This document shows positions 43,401-58,400 of a stretch of DNA of 64,000 bases, piece after piece. The notes below the pieces were generated by a model. It ran no database searches and had not been told where the DNA came from. It saw nothing but the letters and a program-made list of their open reading frames with translations. Both the position numbers and the translations under genes were made by a program. The DNA comes from Phallusia mammillata (taxonomy: Eukaryota). The stretch lies in assembly GCA_965637545.1 (NCBI GenBank), contig OZ281496.1, positions 124,001 to 188,000 of the forward strand. The letters are read 5' to 3'. How positions within the stretch are numbered: position 1 is the first letter of the stretch; the number at the start of each line of letters is the position of its first letter.

Positions 43401-46400
43401 TGCATAATTTTACCCGTGACATCACACTTACATGTTTGTTGCGTCAGAGATTGACTTCGTTTACTTTCGAATCCATCTGAGTTTATCGCGGTAACTTCGA
43501 AAGTATAGTTGACCCCGGGCTTAAGGTCACCGATTATGACGCTGTTTGACGTCACAGTGTGTTTTGTTTCAAATTCAGTTCCGGCCTTGCGTTTGTCGCT
43601 AACTGTACTGATGACGTAAACATGATACGTCTCAGCTCCTGCAATAAGATCCAACAATTCAGCAATACTGTAAATTTTCTCACAATGATAGCAGTAATAT
43701 GTGGTGATGTATATTAACATAATTTGTAATGTTAAATGTTTTACACTAATGGACCCGTATAGGACGTTGAAACGTCGGTACAAAAATACATCAGCCAGAA
43801 GAGTTCTGCAAACTTGATATTATGCCTGGCAGCAATAGCTTATATAAAACGACCAGAGGGGGCGCTACAGCTGGGGTTGGGAATCCCTGGTGTAACTGGT
43901 GATAATCTACATGTGAGATGAAATAAACCATAATTTTGATGAGTTTTTGAGATTTTACTAACACACAAGAATGTGGCATATGACCTAGCGTATAACGCCA
44001 AATAACTTTTGTCACTTCAGTCAGTGGTCGGCAACCGCCGGTCCGGGGCCCGGTACCGGTCCGCGAGGAGTTCGTTACCGGGCCGTATAATTTTTCATGT
44101 TAAATGCTATAAAACATTTTGTCCATGTATCCCGGGCATGATAAACTAATTTAAGCGTTTTTATAGCTATATATTTGTAGTTTTTTGAAGACCGGTCCGC
44201 GATAAAATTTTAGTTTCAAAACCGGTCCGCATTGCAAAAAAGGTTGCCGACCCCTGACTTAAGTAACTGGTGACAAAGTAAATGTGAGAAGAAATAATAC
44301 ACAATTCACAAGTTTGAAACCTCTAACAGCGTTCCATGATAATCCGATGGCGGTTTCGTTGATTCGTTCGCTCACAAGCTTCGTTGGTGCAGAAGGACCT
44401 GCAATGATTCATACGTAACAATCACACATGATCACCAGCTCGCAACATGCGTGACAAAGTTCCTTACGTGTTCTGACAAGCAGTGACGTCACTCTGGTGC
44501 TTTTTATGCCTTCATGCGTAACGGAGGTCACGTGTACTTGGTAGAGGGTTCCTGATTGGATGTTTCCAATTAGCGCTGACGTGGCGTTCGTGTTCACCAC
44601 AAACGACTTCCCGCCTCTTTTCTGCTCTGTAACCGTGACGTCATATGACGAAGCACCTACAGAAAGTAAGTATTTCAAAATATGAATAACAATAATTCTA
44701 AACATAACAACTTTAAGTTGCAATAACACACGTTAGCACTTGGTAAAACATTTTTCTTTTACAAACGTTGGTGCGTAAACCATTGGTTAAAACAGGTGAC
44801 AAATAAAAACCTGCATTATTTGATAACTTATTTATTGAGTTGTTCATTTAAAACAGTGGAAACTTTTTTATTGTCGGGGCCAAATGGTATTTTTTTAAGT
44901 GTGTAGAGAGCCGCAAAACAACGAAACCTTCAGAAAATCACTACAGATTATGACTTTAAAAGCTAAAATAGCAATGTTTGGTGGTTTTCTGAGGTCTGGT
45001 GCGAGCCGCAAAATAAGTAGTTGGGAGCCGCATGCGGCCCCGAAAACCGAGTTTGAGAACCACTGTTTTAAAAGGTACTTTGTCTCATCTTACCTTTGAC
45101 AGCATCCCATACTATCTCGACCGAATCCTCATTAACTCGTGTTGCAACAGCGACCTTTGGTGGTAGAGGAGCTGCAAGAAGTTTTAAATATTAGATAAAC
45201 AAAAATCATTGCGATAAAATGAAACATACTGACGTTTTGACAACAATATTTTGATTCCCAGCAACTACAACCAAAAATGGACGAATTATGAAAAACAACA
45301 ACATATTTCATGTTTGGAAGCATTTTTGAACATATCAGTCAATAAAATAATCTTATAATAATTTCAAAATTGTAACAACTTAACTATATTTATTTACACT
45401 TGACTTTTATAACAACAGTTTGTGTTTTAACCTGTTCGCTGCTGCTTCACCACAGTTTTACTGATTCGGTTCTGAACGTTGATCGATTTCACTTCAACTG
45501 AATACAAAGTCCCAGGTTCAAGTCCAACCACCGACATTCTAGTGGTTCGAACCTTTTGTGACGTCACTACGTTGCTTCCGTCACGAACTATGACGTCATA
45601 AGTAACAGCTCCTAAAGAACAAAGGTTTAGAAGCCGATAATTGTTGTTTCTTTATTGTAGTTTTACCTTTCATCTCTTCCCACTGAAGTACAAACGATTG
45701 TGACGTCACCAATGACGTAGTAACCTCGTTTGGCGGGAGAGGAACTAAACATAATCACGTGACCGAATGACGTAAAGCAAACAGATTCGATGTTTACTCA
45801 CCCGTGACCGCAACAACTTCGCGGCTCCACGAAGGACTCCGACGTCCCTTGGGGTCAACCGAGGTCACCCGGAATCTGTACCTCGTGCCTGCAACAAGAC
45901 CGGTGACGTCATCGTGTACGTCATCAGACGGGAAAGTGATGCTCGCTCCGTCGACATCGGGAAGAACTTGAAGTAGGTAGGATGAGGCGCCTGCATAAAA
46001 TGTTTTCTATTTGAATAAGTTTTTGAACAATGCGTGTAGTGAATAACGAGGTTTTGATAAATTGTTTTCATACTTTCTTATTTTGATAAATATAACTTTT
46101 TAAATATTTTTCTATTCGAATAAGTTTTACAGTAAAGCTTACCTTCCACTGTGTCCCAGCTCAGACTCACAGCACTTGTTGTGACGTCATTTATCTCAAT
46201 AGTGTCTGGAGCATCAATCACTGTGAAAATATGTAACAATTGTCGACATTTATATTTTTTAAGGCATTGTAGTTTTTATATGTTTAACTCATTTGTAAGA
46301 ATGTATCATTTATCATTCATGCTAAACACACATCATCACGAAGTCTTACGTGTCATTTTTGTGATGCTTTCACTGTTTCTGCTCATATGACCGTCTGGTG

Positions 46401-49400
46401 ATACCGCTATCACCGTGAATCTATATTCCGTGACAGGATTTAGCTTCCCAAATACGATCATGGGAGTTTTGGTGGTGACATTAGTGATAAGTGATTCATC
46501 AATTTCGTGATACATGACAATATATGAATCCGCTCCTACATAACAATGATTAAGTGTTTATAAAAATATTTTAGTCAATTTTTAAAGATTTTTGAACAAA
46601 CCTTTTTCTTTGTTCCAACGCAAAGTCAGGGATGATTTTGTGACTTCGGAGATTGCCAAGTTTTGAGGAGAATTCGGTGCTAAAAAAATAAATAAATGAA
46701 TTGTTGTCATAAATATCTTTGCCACTAAGGTAGATATGCTCGACTATTACCATTAGGAGACTACAAGGCAACGCGATGAAACAAAGCATGACGATAAAAA
46801 CAACGTTGATATTCTTGACATCTCAGCGTGATTTACATTTAAAATGCCAACGTCAGCTTTGTGCTGTCGCGTTAGCCTTTCTTTATTTCGATGACACGCG
46901 TTTGTTACCAGTTTGTTGCGTCACAATTGGACTTCCGGTTTGGGAAATTCTTTCTTGATCTCCGACAGAAAACACTCGAATGTTGTAACGCGTCCCAGCA
47001 GAAAGTCCATTTATTCCGATGTTATTATTCGTTGCATCCAAACTCCGAGTCATAGCAACATTCTCGCTGTTTGTGACGTTGACAATATACGACCTTGCAC
47101 CGAAAGCAACCGACCATTCCACGTTAATCGATTGTGACGTCACAGTTGTGACGCGAAGCGAGGAAGGCGGAAGAGGGACTGAAGTAAATCAAAATATTAG
47201 AATCACGTGAGTAACTTTCATGTGATCATGAGATTCACCTGTTTGTGTTTGAACTTCATGTGAACCAATACTCGTGATATTTTTGTGACCAACAGATTTC
47301 ACCGTGAATATGTAAATCGTTCCAGGATACAATTCATTGATCACAATAGATGTTTGTGACGTCAAAATGGACAGGGTGTCTTTTAAGTGAGACTTAACAG
47401 AAACCAAATAACGAATCGAACCTTTAAAATAATAATAATCAGATAAGATATATTTTAAGCTTGGCATTCCGAGAAATTGGTAAAGGTATTAACACACGAA
47501 CTCACACTACAAAAAGTTTGCTAAATACCGATAGATGGCGTAAAGAGCGCAGTTATTTCAATTAACAGTGAGACTGGGGTAGGGTGGGGGACTAAATTTA
47601 ACACAAAGAACTGGGTAATTAGGTCGATTATAATTATTACGAAACCTTAGATTAGGCCAACCCTAATAGTCCTAACTGTCCGCATTTTTTTTTTATTTTT
47701 TTTTTATTTTATTTTATTTTTTTTTTTTTTATTGATAAATAATAAAAAGAGCGAAAAACGGTAACAAACTACATCACACTTCAGTACATAACAGGCGACA
47801 CCACTTTTTGCGGTAAGCAAGAAAGTTTCCACGTTTTTTTGATACATGACATTCTGATACACGTACTGAGTTAAGGAAGCATACAAATCTAAATACCGTC
47901 GGTTTATTTTCACTATATTTGCATTGGTAAATGACATATCTGGCACATAACAACATACAGTTCACCAATTTATCGCCGGATCCACCATTGTGGACACCAA
48001 AAAGTAAGTTCACGGGAGGTAACGTCAGTGGGACTCGGGTTCTAGCACTAATCCATGCACAGACGTTTTCCCAATACAACTGTCCGCATTTTTTACATAA
48101 ATTGCATTTAAAATATTAGCGTTGCGCCACCTACCGAAAATTAGCAAATATGTGGTGTGAGTTCCTGTGTTAGTAGCTCTACCCTGAGAATCATACACTT
48201 TACCTGTGACGTCAGTGAAGGTTAACTGAAGTGACGTTGAAGTGATGTCATTAACAGTTAATTCTTGAGGTGGGAGTGGGACTAAAAAGTAACAAAAGTT
48301 AGAATAAGAATATTATCTCGTTGAAGATATGTTTACCTGTTTGTTGCGTCACAACGGCGAAATCGTCTTTGTTTATTCTTTGTTTTTCTCCGTATGTGAA
48401 AACCTGGAATCGATAAACTCTCCCCGCCTTAAGGTCGTCTATTGTCGCTTCGTTTGTCGCAAAGTCAATGCTCATTATGACGTCATTAGAGTCTTCTAAG
48501 GTGACGTCGACTAAGTAGGAGGTTGCGCCTGAAATTTTTTAGAGGATTATTTAAAATCTACACAAATATTTTAATTTTGATTTTAATGTAAACAGCAGTA
48601 ATCTTTATATTTATTTAGGAAAAGCAATTTAATGACAAGACTTAGTTTGATATTTTATTTACCAACTACGTCCGTCCACTCCAATGCAACCAAACTTGTT
48701 GTGACAGTTTGAACAGAAATCGACGCCGGAGACGAAGGAACTGGAAAATATTTGATGTTGAAACCAAACAAAATCACCCAACAAGTTCCATGTTACCTGT
48801 CTGTTCCATCAACTCATGTGATTGAGCGCTCGTGAGGTTTTCGTGACCGACTGCTTTCACCGTGAATCGGTACGTGATACCTGGCATCAGTTTATTAATG
48901 ACAATCGCTGTGTCTGACGTAATAATCGATGACAATGGCGTATTGTTTGATGTGTATTCGATAACATAGAAATTCGCGCCTGCAAACAATGGAAAAGTTC
49001 CGAAATCAGCTGAAACTTTGAACCGACCGAAAACTCAAACCTTTCACTTTGTTCCATGACGTAGTAATTGAAGAAGATGTGACGTCATCAACTATGAAAT
49101 CCTCGGGTGGATTTGGAACTGAAAAGTGAATTTACAACGATTATTTAAAAATGTAAAACGAACAGAAAACTTCGGTACAAACCTGTTTGTTGTGCAACAA
49201 AGGCATTTTCTTCCTCATTTGCGCGACCAGAATGACCGATTGTTAACACAGTAAAGTTGTAGAACTTTCCTGAATCGAGTCCGCTGATTGTTACAAAACT
49301 GTTCGAACTGTTTACTGTCATTATGACGTCACTGGTACTTTGAAATCTGACTTTTATGACGTAAGAAATCGCCCCTGAATAGGAAAAAAACATTACAAGG

Positions 49401-52400
49401 TTTTTTAGATAATGCACAATTCCACAACACAAGTAGTTTTGTAATAATTACCTCTAACGTCATCCCATGATAACGTCACTGAGGAGTTTGTGACGTCATC
49501 CACTTTCGGGATTCCAGCGATGTTTGGAACTGAGGTAATAAAAGTGTTTTGGTTTAATTAATAAACAATGGATAACTGTGACATCACAGAGCTAGCTGAC
49601 AGAGCTTTGTTACAAAACAAACAAACAAACTCGTAAGTGAAATTAAAATTGAGTGAAAGTAAAATTACAAATTCATGAAGGCTGGACCAAATATCGTAGA
49701 AAGTGGAAAATTACGTTTGGTAAACTACACTTGACTACAATAAAAATCAAAGAAGAATAAACTGTACAAATATAATTCGCTGTAATCATTGATCAACATG
49801 CACATGCCATGGCATTGTTAAACTTACCTCAAACCCTGTAATAAGCTTTCTGAGCATGCCATGCAAGTTTACATGCATAAAAATTAACCTTGTAAAAATA
49901 AAACAATAATAAGTTTAAAAAAGCTAAAAAACAAACAAAATAAAGAAACGGTAAAAAGAATCAGTTGAAAGGTAACACAGAAATCGTATTTTACCTGTGG
50001 TTTCTTCAACTTGCAAACTCGCTTCGCTCATCCGACTTTCCTCACCAATACTTTTCACAACAAACCAATATCTCGTTCCACTAGATAATGACGTCACTTC
50101 AAGACGTGTCAACGTCGTTTCCATGGTGTTCGTGACGTCATCATCAACGGTTCCGTATTCGAGTCGATATTTAATGGCTCCTGCAACGAAAATTAATTCA
50201 AACAGTTGGACATTACGACTCTTTCTGGATTAAATAGAAAAACAATCAACTTACCAGATACGTCATTCCATTGTACGATAACGGATGATGTAGTTACATC
50301 TGTTATAATGACGTTACCAGGGGCAAGTGGTACTGCAAAAAAAATGATCTGGTGTTAATTAATATGTTTGTGAATGAGTTGAGTTGGTGGTAACAAGTTA
50401 ATCAGTGTCAACTTAACTATCAGGAAATATCAAGTAGTTGTTGATCTCACTGTTGAATTTCTTTGTTTTTTTTCAATTCAATTTTTTTTATTTTTTTTTG
50501 TACCTGTATAAATTCTTTGTTTTGACGTCATAAATGGATTGCTTCGATTTTTTGTTCCGACTGATGTCACAGCTACGTCATATCCTGTTCCTGGTTGCAA
50601 ATTCGAGATTCGAGCGGAAGTACTGTGGACAAGCAGTAGTTGCTCCATGACGTCATCACTGGTGACGTAGACCTTGTACATTTCCGCACCTGATAATTTT
50701 AAAGTCAAGTTAAAAAACAAATTACGTGATGACGTCAATTTTGAAAAACTACCTTTTACGTCATTCCATGTGACGTAGAAAGATGTTGTAGTGACGTCAT
50801 TTATAGTAGGAATATCAGGAAGCGATGGAACTGAAAACAATATTAATGAAAACTCAAATTACTTTTCCGTAGTTAAAAACACTGAACCACGAGAGTTGAT
50901 CGCAACACAAATGAATGGACAAATAGAAATCTTATTTTACCTGTGGTTTCTTCAACTTGCAAACTCGCTTCGCTCATCCGACTTTCCTCGCCAATACTTT
51001 TCACAACAAACCAATATCTCGTTCCACTAGATAATGACGTCACTTCAAGACGTGTCAACGACGTTTCCATGGTGTTTGTGACGTCATCATCAACGTTTCC
51101 ATATTCAAGTCGATATTGGGCAGCCCCTGAAATAATGCCGCAAAAGTTGTAAGTCGGTTCTCGCGGAAATATCCCAGTTCAAACTGCTTTTTCTGCCTCT
51201 TAACGAACATTTAAAGCAGGGGTTCTTAAACTTTTGCGGTCGTACCCCACTTTACACTATTTATTTAATCTCACGTCCTCCCTAAATAAATATTAGCATC
51301 GATAAAATCAATCAGAAGGATACGTCTTTGAATCAGATGCACTGAAAGTAATGGCAATCTCCAATGCAAAATTGCGAACAAATAGAGAATTTACGGGAAA
51401 GAAAAGAAGCCAGGGTTAAGACATCATAACTTACCAATGACGTCACTCCAACGTAATACAACTGATGACGTGGTGACATTTGTTATGATGACGTTGTCAG
51501 GAGCAAGAGGAACTGAAAACAACAATAAACTTGTTTACAATGCTATTAACCAGTGGTAACTTAGTGTTGAGTAATTAACTAACCAGTGGATTATTAACTA
51601 ACCAGTGTTGGATTATTAACTAACCAGTGGATTATTAACTAACCAGTGTTAGATTATAAACTAACCAGTGGGTAATTAACTACCCAGTGGATTATTAACT
51701 AACCAGTGGATTATTAACTAACCAGTGGATAATTAACTAACCAGTGGATAATTAACTAACCAGTGGATTATTAACCAACCAGTGTTGCATTATTAACTAA
51801 CCAGTTCTGCATTATTAACTAAGGATTGAATCATTAACTAACCAGTTTGTATTTGTATTTTTTCACTTCCTCTCTCATTTCTTCTGTCTTTGATTCCAAT
51901 AGAGAAAACAACAAAATCGTACCACGTGCCTGGGTTTAAACCAATCACAACCGCCTGAGCTGGAATTGTTTCCAAAACTTGTCGCGTATCTTCCGTCCCA
52001 TTGGTCCGATAAATCACGTGATATTTTTCCGCGCCTGGAATATTCAAGTTTTAAATCAAACTTAACCAAAACATTTCATTTCTAAGCAAACCTTGGACTG
52101 GTTTCCAACGCAACAGAACTGACGTGGTTGTGACGTCATCAAAGTTTACTCCTGAGGTAGCCGCCGGTCCTGTGACGTCATCAACCAAATTAGTAATGAC
52201 GTAAATATGACGTAACTAATTTCAACTTACGGGTTGTTTCACGTGTTTGAACACTTGCGGCGCTGTGACGCCCAGAAACCCCAACTGACGTCACGGTTAT
52301 GACGTAAGTAGTTCCGGGAATTAGGTTTTTGAGCACTGATGATGTCACATTGGAGGTTTGGTTGTAAATTGTGACGTTGTCGTTTGTCGCAAAATACCGG

Positions 52401-55400
52401 ATGACGTAATCAGTTGCACCTGGTGACGAAACAAAACAATTATTAAAACCATTTAAACAAAAACGAAACGAAATAACTCACCTCGTACATTTGTCCAAAA
52501 CAAATTAAGGGATTTTGTGTTTATTTGTGAGATTTCTATCTTTCGAGGTGGCAGAGGAACTGAACAAAATATTAAATGTTTTAAGTTTCACCGAGAAAAC
52601 TTACTGAACCTACTTCACCTGTTTGAACTTGAACGTGAACTTCAGGGTCAGAATTAACCACACCCAAATCTCCAATAGAAATCACACGGAACTTGTACCA
52701 GCTTCCTGGCCTCAAAGCAGTCGCAGTTGAGGTCGTTGAAGCTGTTTTCGGGGTTTTGAAAGTTTCGTTTGAAGATAAAGTTACTTGGAGTTCGTAAAGG
52801 TTGGCACCTGATGTAAAAGTTTAAAGAAACAAACATGACAGCTACTTAAATTTTAAGTGATTGCAATTTTAACGGGTTGAATAAGTTTAATACTTTGCAA
52901 GATATAAAAGCGTAATACTATTCTTGGTAGCATTTCCTCAAGGGTAAAATTTATTACAAACTGGTTGCCACTTACCTACGACCGGTTGCCAGGCAACGGA
53001 GATACTTGTTGTTGTGACCTTGCCCAATGAAATGACCTTCACAGCCTCTGGTACTGAAAATAAATCAGGTTTACTCCACAATATCGCAACATTACAAGCA
53101 GAAAGACTCACAAGTTGCAATCGACAACTCTTCGCTTTTCCCGCTCTCAACTTTCCCGCCAAAACCAACAGAACTGACGGAAATACCGTGTTCCCTTCCC
53201 GCTTCCAGGAAATTCAACCTGTGTGACGTAACGTTCACTGTTACGTAGGCAGTGACGTCAGTGAGCGCGTTGACGTAAGCGAGTTTGTAGCTGGAAGCCC
53301 CAAAAACTTCGTTCCACGACACCGACATGGAATCGGTGGTTACCATGACAACGGAGACGTCAGAGGGAATTTCGGGAACTGCAAAATATTTTCATGGTTA
53401 GTCAGACTTTATTTGTGACATCACAATGATCTTTGTCACCTGTTTGTTGATGAACAATCGGGCTTCCTCCTAGACTTTCGCGGTTTTTCGAATCCACAGC
53501 AAATACTTTGAAACCATAAACTGAACCGGGATTCAAATTATCGATGGAAACATCGTTTGTGGGTGAATGTTGTTTACTGGTTTCGTTCAAACTCGATATT
53601 TCTACCAAGTATTCAAGCGCTCCTACAAACAACAAGTGTTAGTACGTGATGAATAACGTTGCTGTCATGTTATTCTGCCTTATAGGGTTGTGTAGATATT
53701 GTTCAAGAATTGCCACAGCATACGAATAATATCTTATATTAAAAAAAATGTTTTACAATATATTTTCAAAATCACGAAAAAGTTTTCACCTTTGACCTCT
53801 GCCCATTGGAGTGTGACGGTTGTAGAAGTGACGTCAGTGACAGTTGGCGCGAGCGGATTTTGAGGAACTAAAAATAGAAAAAAACAGAAATATTCGATTC
53901 GTGAGAATTTCCGGACGTTGATTTGGTCAAATGCTCTTTGCAGACCTTGCAAGTTAAGATAACTGATAACATCTACAATTTAGTTGGCAGCAATCTAAAC
54001 TGGCTTTTATGTTGTTATTTCCTCCAATTTTTAAAATGTTGCGTTTTGACAAATCTTATTTTACCTGTGGTTTCTTCAACTTGCAAACTCGCTTCGCTCA
54101 TCCGACTTTCCTCGCCAATACTTTTCACAACAAACCAATATCTCGTTCCACTAGATAATGACGTCACTTCAAGACGTGTCAACGACGTTTCCATGGTGTT
54201 TGTGACGTCATCATCAACGTTTCCATATTCAAGTCGATATTGGGCAGCCCCTGAAATAATGCCGCAAAAGTTGTAAGTCGGTTCTCGCGGAAATATCCCA
54301 GTTCAAACTGCTTTTTCTGCCTCTTAACGAACATTTAAAGCAGGGGTTCTTAAACTTTTGCGGTCGTACCCCACTTTACACTATTTATTTAATCTCACGT
54401 CCTCCCTAAATAAATATTAGCATCGATAAAATCAATCAGAAGGATACGTCTTTGAATCAGATGCACTGAAAGTAATGGCAATCTCCAATGCAAAATTGCG
54501 AACAAATAGAGAATTTACGGGAAAGAAAAGAAGCCAGGGTTAAGACATCATAACTTACCAATGACGTCACTCCAACGTAATACAACTGATGACGTGGTGA
54601 CATTTGTTATGATGACGTTGTCAGGAGCAAGAGGAACTGAAAACAACAATAAACTTGTTTACAATGCTATTAACCAGTGGTAACTTAGTGTTGAGTAATT
54701 AACTAACCAGTGGATTATTAACTAACCAGTGTTGGATTATTAACTAACCAGTGGATTATTAACTAACCAGTGGATTATTAACTAACCAGTGTTAGATTAT
54801 AAACTAACCAGTGGATTATTAACTAACCAGTGGATTATTAACTAACCAGTGGATAATTAACTAACCAGTGGATAATTAACTAACCAGTGGATTATTAACC
54901 AACCAGTGTTGCATTATTAACTAACCAGTGCTGCATTATTAACTAAGGATTGAATCATTAACTAACCAGTTTGTATTTGTATTTTTTCACTTCCTCTCTC
55001 ATTTCTTCTGTCTTTGATTCCAATAGAGAAAACAACAAAATCGTACCACGTGCCTGGGTTTAAACCAATCACAACCGCCTGAGCTGGAATTGTTTCCAAA
55101 ACTTGTCGCGTATCTTCCGTCCCATTGGTCCGATAAATCACGTGATATTTTTCCGCGCCTGGAATATTCAAGTTTTAAATCAAACTTAACCAAAACATTT
55201 CATTTCTAAGCAAACCTTGGACTGGTTTCCAACGCAACAGAACTGACGTGGTTGTGACGTCATCAAAGTTTACTCCTGAGGTAGCCGCCGGTCCTGTGAC
55301 GTTATCAACCAAATTAGTAATGACGTAAATATGACGTAACTAATTTCAACTTACGGGTTGTTTCACGTGTTTGAACACTTGCGGCGCTGTGACGCCCAGA

Positions 55401-58400
55401 AACCCCAACTGACGTCACGGTTATGACGTAAGTAGTTCCGGGAATTAGGTTTTTGAGCACTGATGATGTCACATTGGAGGTTTGGTTGTAAATTGTGACG
55501 TTGTCGTTTGTCGCAAAATACCGGATGACGTAATCAGTTGCACCTGGTGACGAAACAAAACAATTATTAAAACCATTTAAACAAAAACGAAACGAAATAA
55601 CTCACCTCGTACATTTGTCCAAAACAAATTAAGGGATTTTGTGTTTATTTGTGAGATTTCTATCTTTCGAGGTGGCAGAGGAACTGAACAAAATATTAAA
55701 TGTTTTAAGTTTCACCGAGAAAACTTACTGAACCTACTTCACCTGTTTGAACTTGAACGTGAACTTCAGGGTCAGAATTAACCACACCCAAATCTCCAAC
55801 AGAAATCACACGGAACTTGTACCAGCTTCCTGGCCTCAAAGCAGTCGCAGTTGAGGTCGTTGAAGCTGTTTTCGGGGTTTTGAAAGTTTCGTTTGAAGAT
55901 AAAGTTACTTGGAGTTCGTAAAGGTTGGCACCTGATGTAAAAGTTTAAAGAAACAAACATGACAGCTACTTAAATTTTAAGTGATTGCAATTTTAACGGG
56001 TTGAATAAGTTTAATACTTTGCAAGATATAAAAGCGTAATACTATTCTTGGTAGCATTTCCTCAAGGGTAAAATTTATTACAAACTGGTTGCCACTTACC
56101 TACGACCGGTTGCCAGGCAACGGAGATACTTGTTGTTGTGACCTTGCCCAATGAAATGACCTTCACAGCCTCTGGTACTGAAAATAAATCAGGTTTACTC
56201 CACAATATCGCAACATTACAAGCAGAAAGACTCACAAGTTGCAATCGACAACTCTTCGCTTTTCCCGCTCTCAACTTTCCCGCCAAAACCAACAGAACTG
56301 ACGGAAATACCGTGTTCCCTTCCCGCTTCCAGGAAATTCAACCTGTGTGACGTAACGTTCACTGTTACGTAGGCAGTGACGTCAGTGAGCGCGTTGACGT
56401 AAGCGAGTTTGTAGCTGGAAGCCCCAAAAACTTCGTTCCACGACACCGACATGGAATCGGTGGTTACCATGACAACGGAGACGTCAGAGGGAATTTCGGG
56501 AACTGCAAAATATTTTCATGGTTGGTCAGACTTTATTTGTGACATCACAATGATCTTTGTCACCTGTTTGTTGATGAACAATCGGGCTTCCTCCTAGACT
56601 TTCGCGGTTTTTCGAATCCACAGCAAATACTTTGAAACCATAAACTGAACCGGGATTCAAATTATCGATGGAAACATCGTTTGTGGGTGAATGTTGTTTA
56701 CTGGTTTCGTTCAAACTCGATATTTCTACCAAGTATTCAAGCGCTCCTACAAACAACAAGTGTTAGTACGTGATGAATAACGTTGCTGTCATGTTATTCT
56801 GCCTTATAGGGTTGTGTAGATATTGTTCAAGAATTGCCACAGCATACGAATAATATCTTATATTAAAAAAAAATGTTTTACAATATATTTTCAAAATCAC
56901 GAAAAAGTTTTCACCTTTGACCTCTGCCCATTGGAGTGTGACGGTTGTAGAAGTGACGTCAGTGACAGTTGGCGCGAGCGGATTTTGAGGAACTAAAAAT
57001 AGAAAAAAACAGAAATATTCGATTCGTGAGAATTTCCGGACGTTGATTTGGTCAAATGCTCTTTGCAGACCTTGCAAGTTAAGATAACTGATAACATCTA
57101 CAATTTAGTTGGCAGCAATCTAAACTGGCTTTTATGTTGTTATTTCCTCCAATTTTTAAAATGTTGCGTTTTGACAAATCTTATTTTACCTGTGGTTTCT
57201 TCAACTTGCAAACTCGCTTCGCTCATCCGACTTTCCTCGCCAATACTTTTCACAACAAACCAATATCTCGTTCCACTAGATAATGACGTCACTTCAAGAC
57301 GCGTCAACGACGTTTCCATGGTGTTTGTGACGTCATCGTCAACGTTTCCATATTCAAGTCGATATTGGGCAGCCCCTGAAATAATGCCGCAAAAGTTGTA
57401 AGTCGGTTCTCGCGGAAATATCCCAGTTCAAACTGCTTTTTCTGCCTCTTAACGAACATTTAAAGCAGGGGTTCTTAAACTTTTGCGGTCGTACCCCACT
57501 TTACACTATTTATTTAATCTCACGTCCTCCCTAAATAAATATTAGCATCGATAAAATCAATCAGAAGGATACGTCTTTGAATCAGATGCACTGAAAGTAA
57601 TGGCAATCTCCAATGCAAAATTGCGAACAAATAGAGAATTTACGGGAAAGAAAAGAAGCCAGGGTTAAGACATCATAACTTACCAATGACGTCACTCCAA
57701 CGTAATACAACTGATGACGTGGTGACATTTGTTATGATGACGTTGTCAGGAGCAAGAGGAACTGAAAACAACAATAAACTTGTTTACAATGCTATTAACC
57801 AGTGGTAACTTAGTGTTGAGTAATTTACTAACCAGTGGATTATTAACTAACCAGTGTTGGATTATTAACTAACCAGTGGATTATTAACTAACCAGTGGAT
57901 TATTAACTAACCAGTGTTAGATTATAAACTAACCAGTGGATTATTAACTAACCAGTGGATTATTAACTAACCAGTGGATAATTAACTAACCAGTGGATAA
58001 TTAACTAACCAGTGGATTATTAACCAACCAGTGTTGCATTATTAACTAACCAGTGCTGCATTATTAACTAAGGATTGAATCATTAACTAACCAGTTTGTA
58101 TTTGTATTTTTTCACTTCCTCTCTCATTTCTTCTGTCTTTGATTCCAATAGAGAAAACAACAAAATCGTACCACGTGCCTGGGTTTAAACCAATCACAAC
58201 CGCCTGAGCTGGAATTGTTTCCAAAACTTGTCGCGTATCTTCCGTCCCATTGGTCCGATAAATCACGTGATATTTTTCCGCGCCTGGAATATTCAAGTTT
58301 TAAATCAAACTTAACCAAAACATTTCATTTCTAAGCAAACCTTGGACTGGTTTCCAACGCAACAGAACTGACGTGGTTGTGACGTCATCAAAGTTTACTC

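Noticed and set aside
51576-58092. CRISPR-like look of the ACTAACCAGTGGATTATTA arrays
   Set aside because: The units are contiguous with no unique spacers, there are no cas genes, and the context is a eukaryotic intron; this is a minisatellite.
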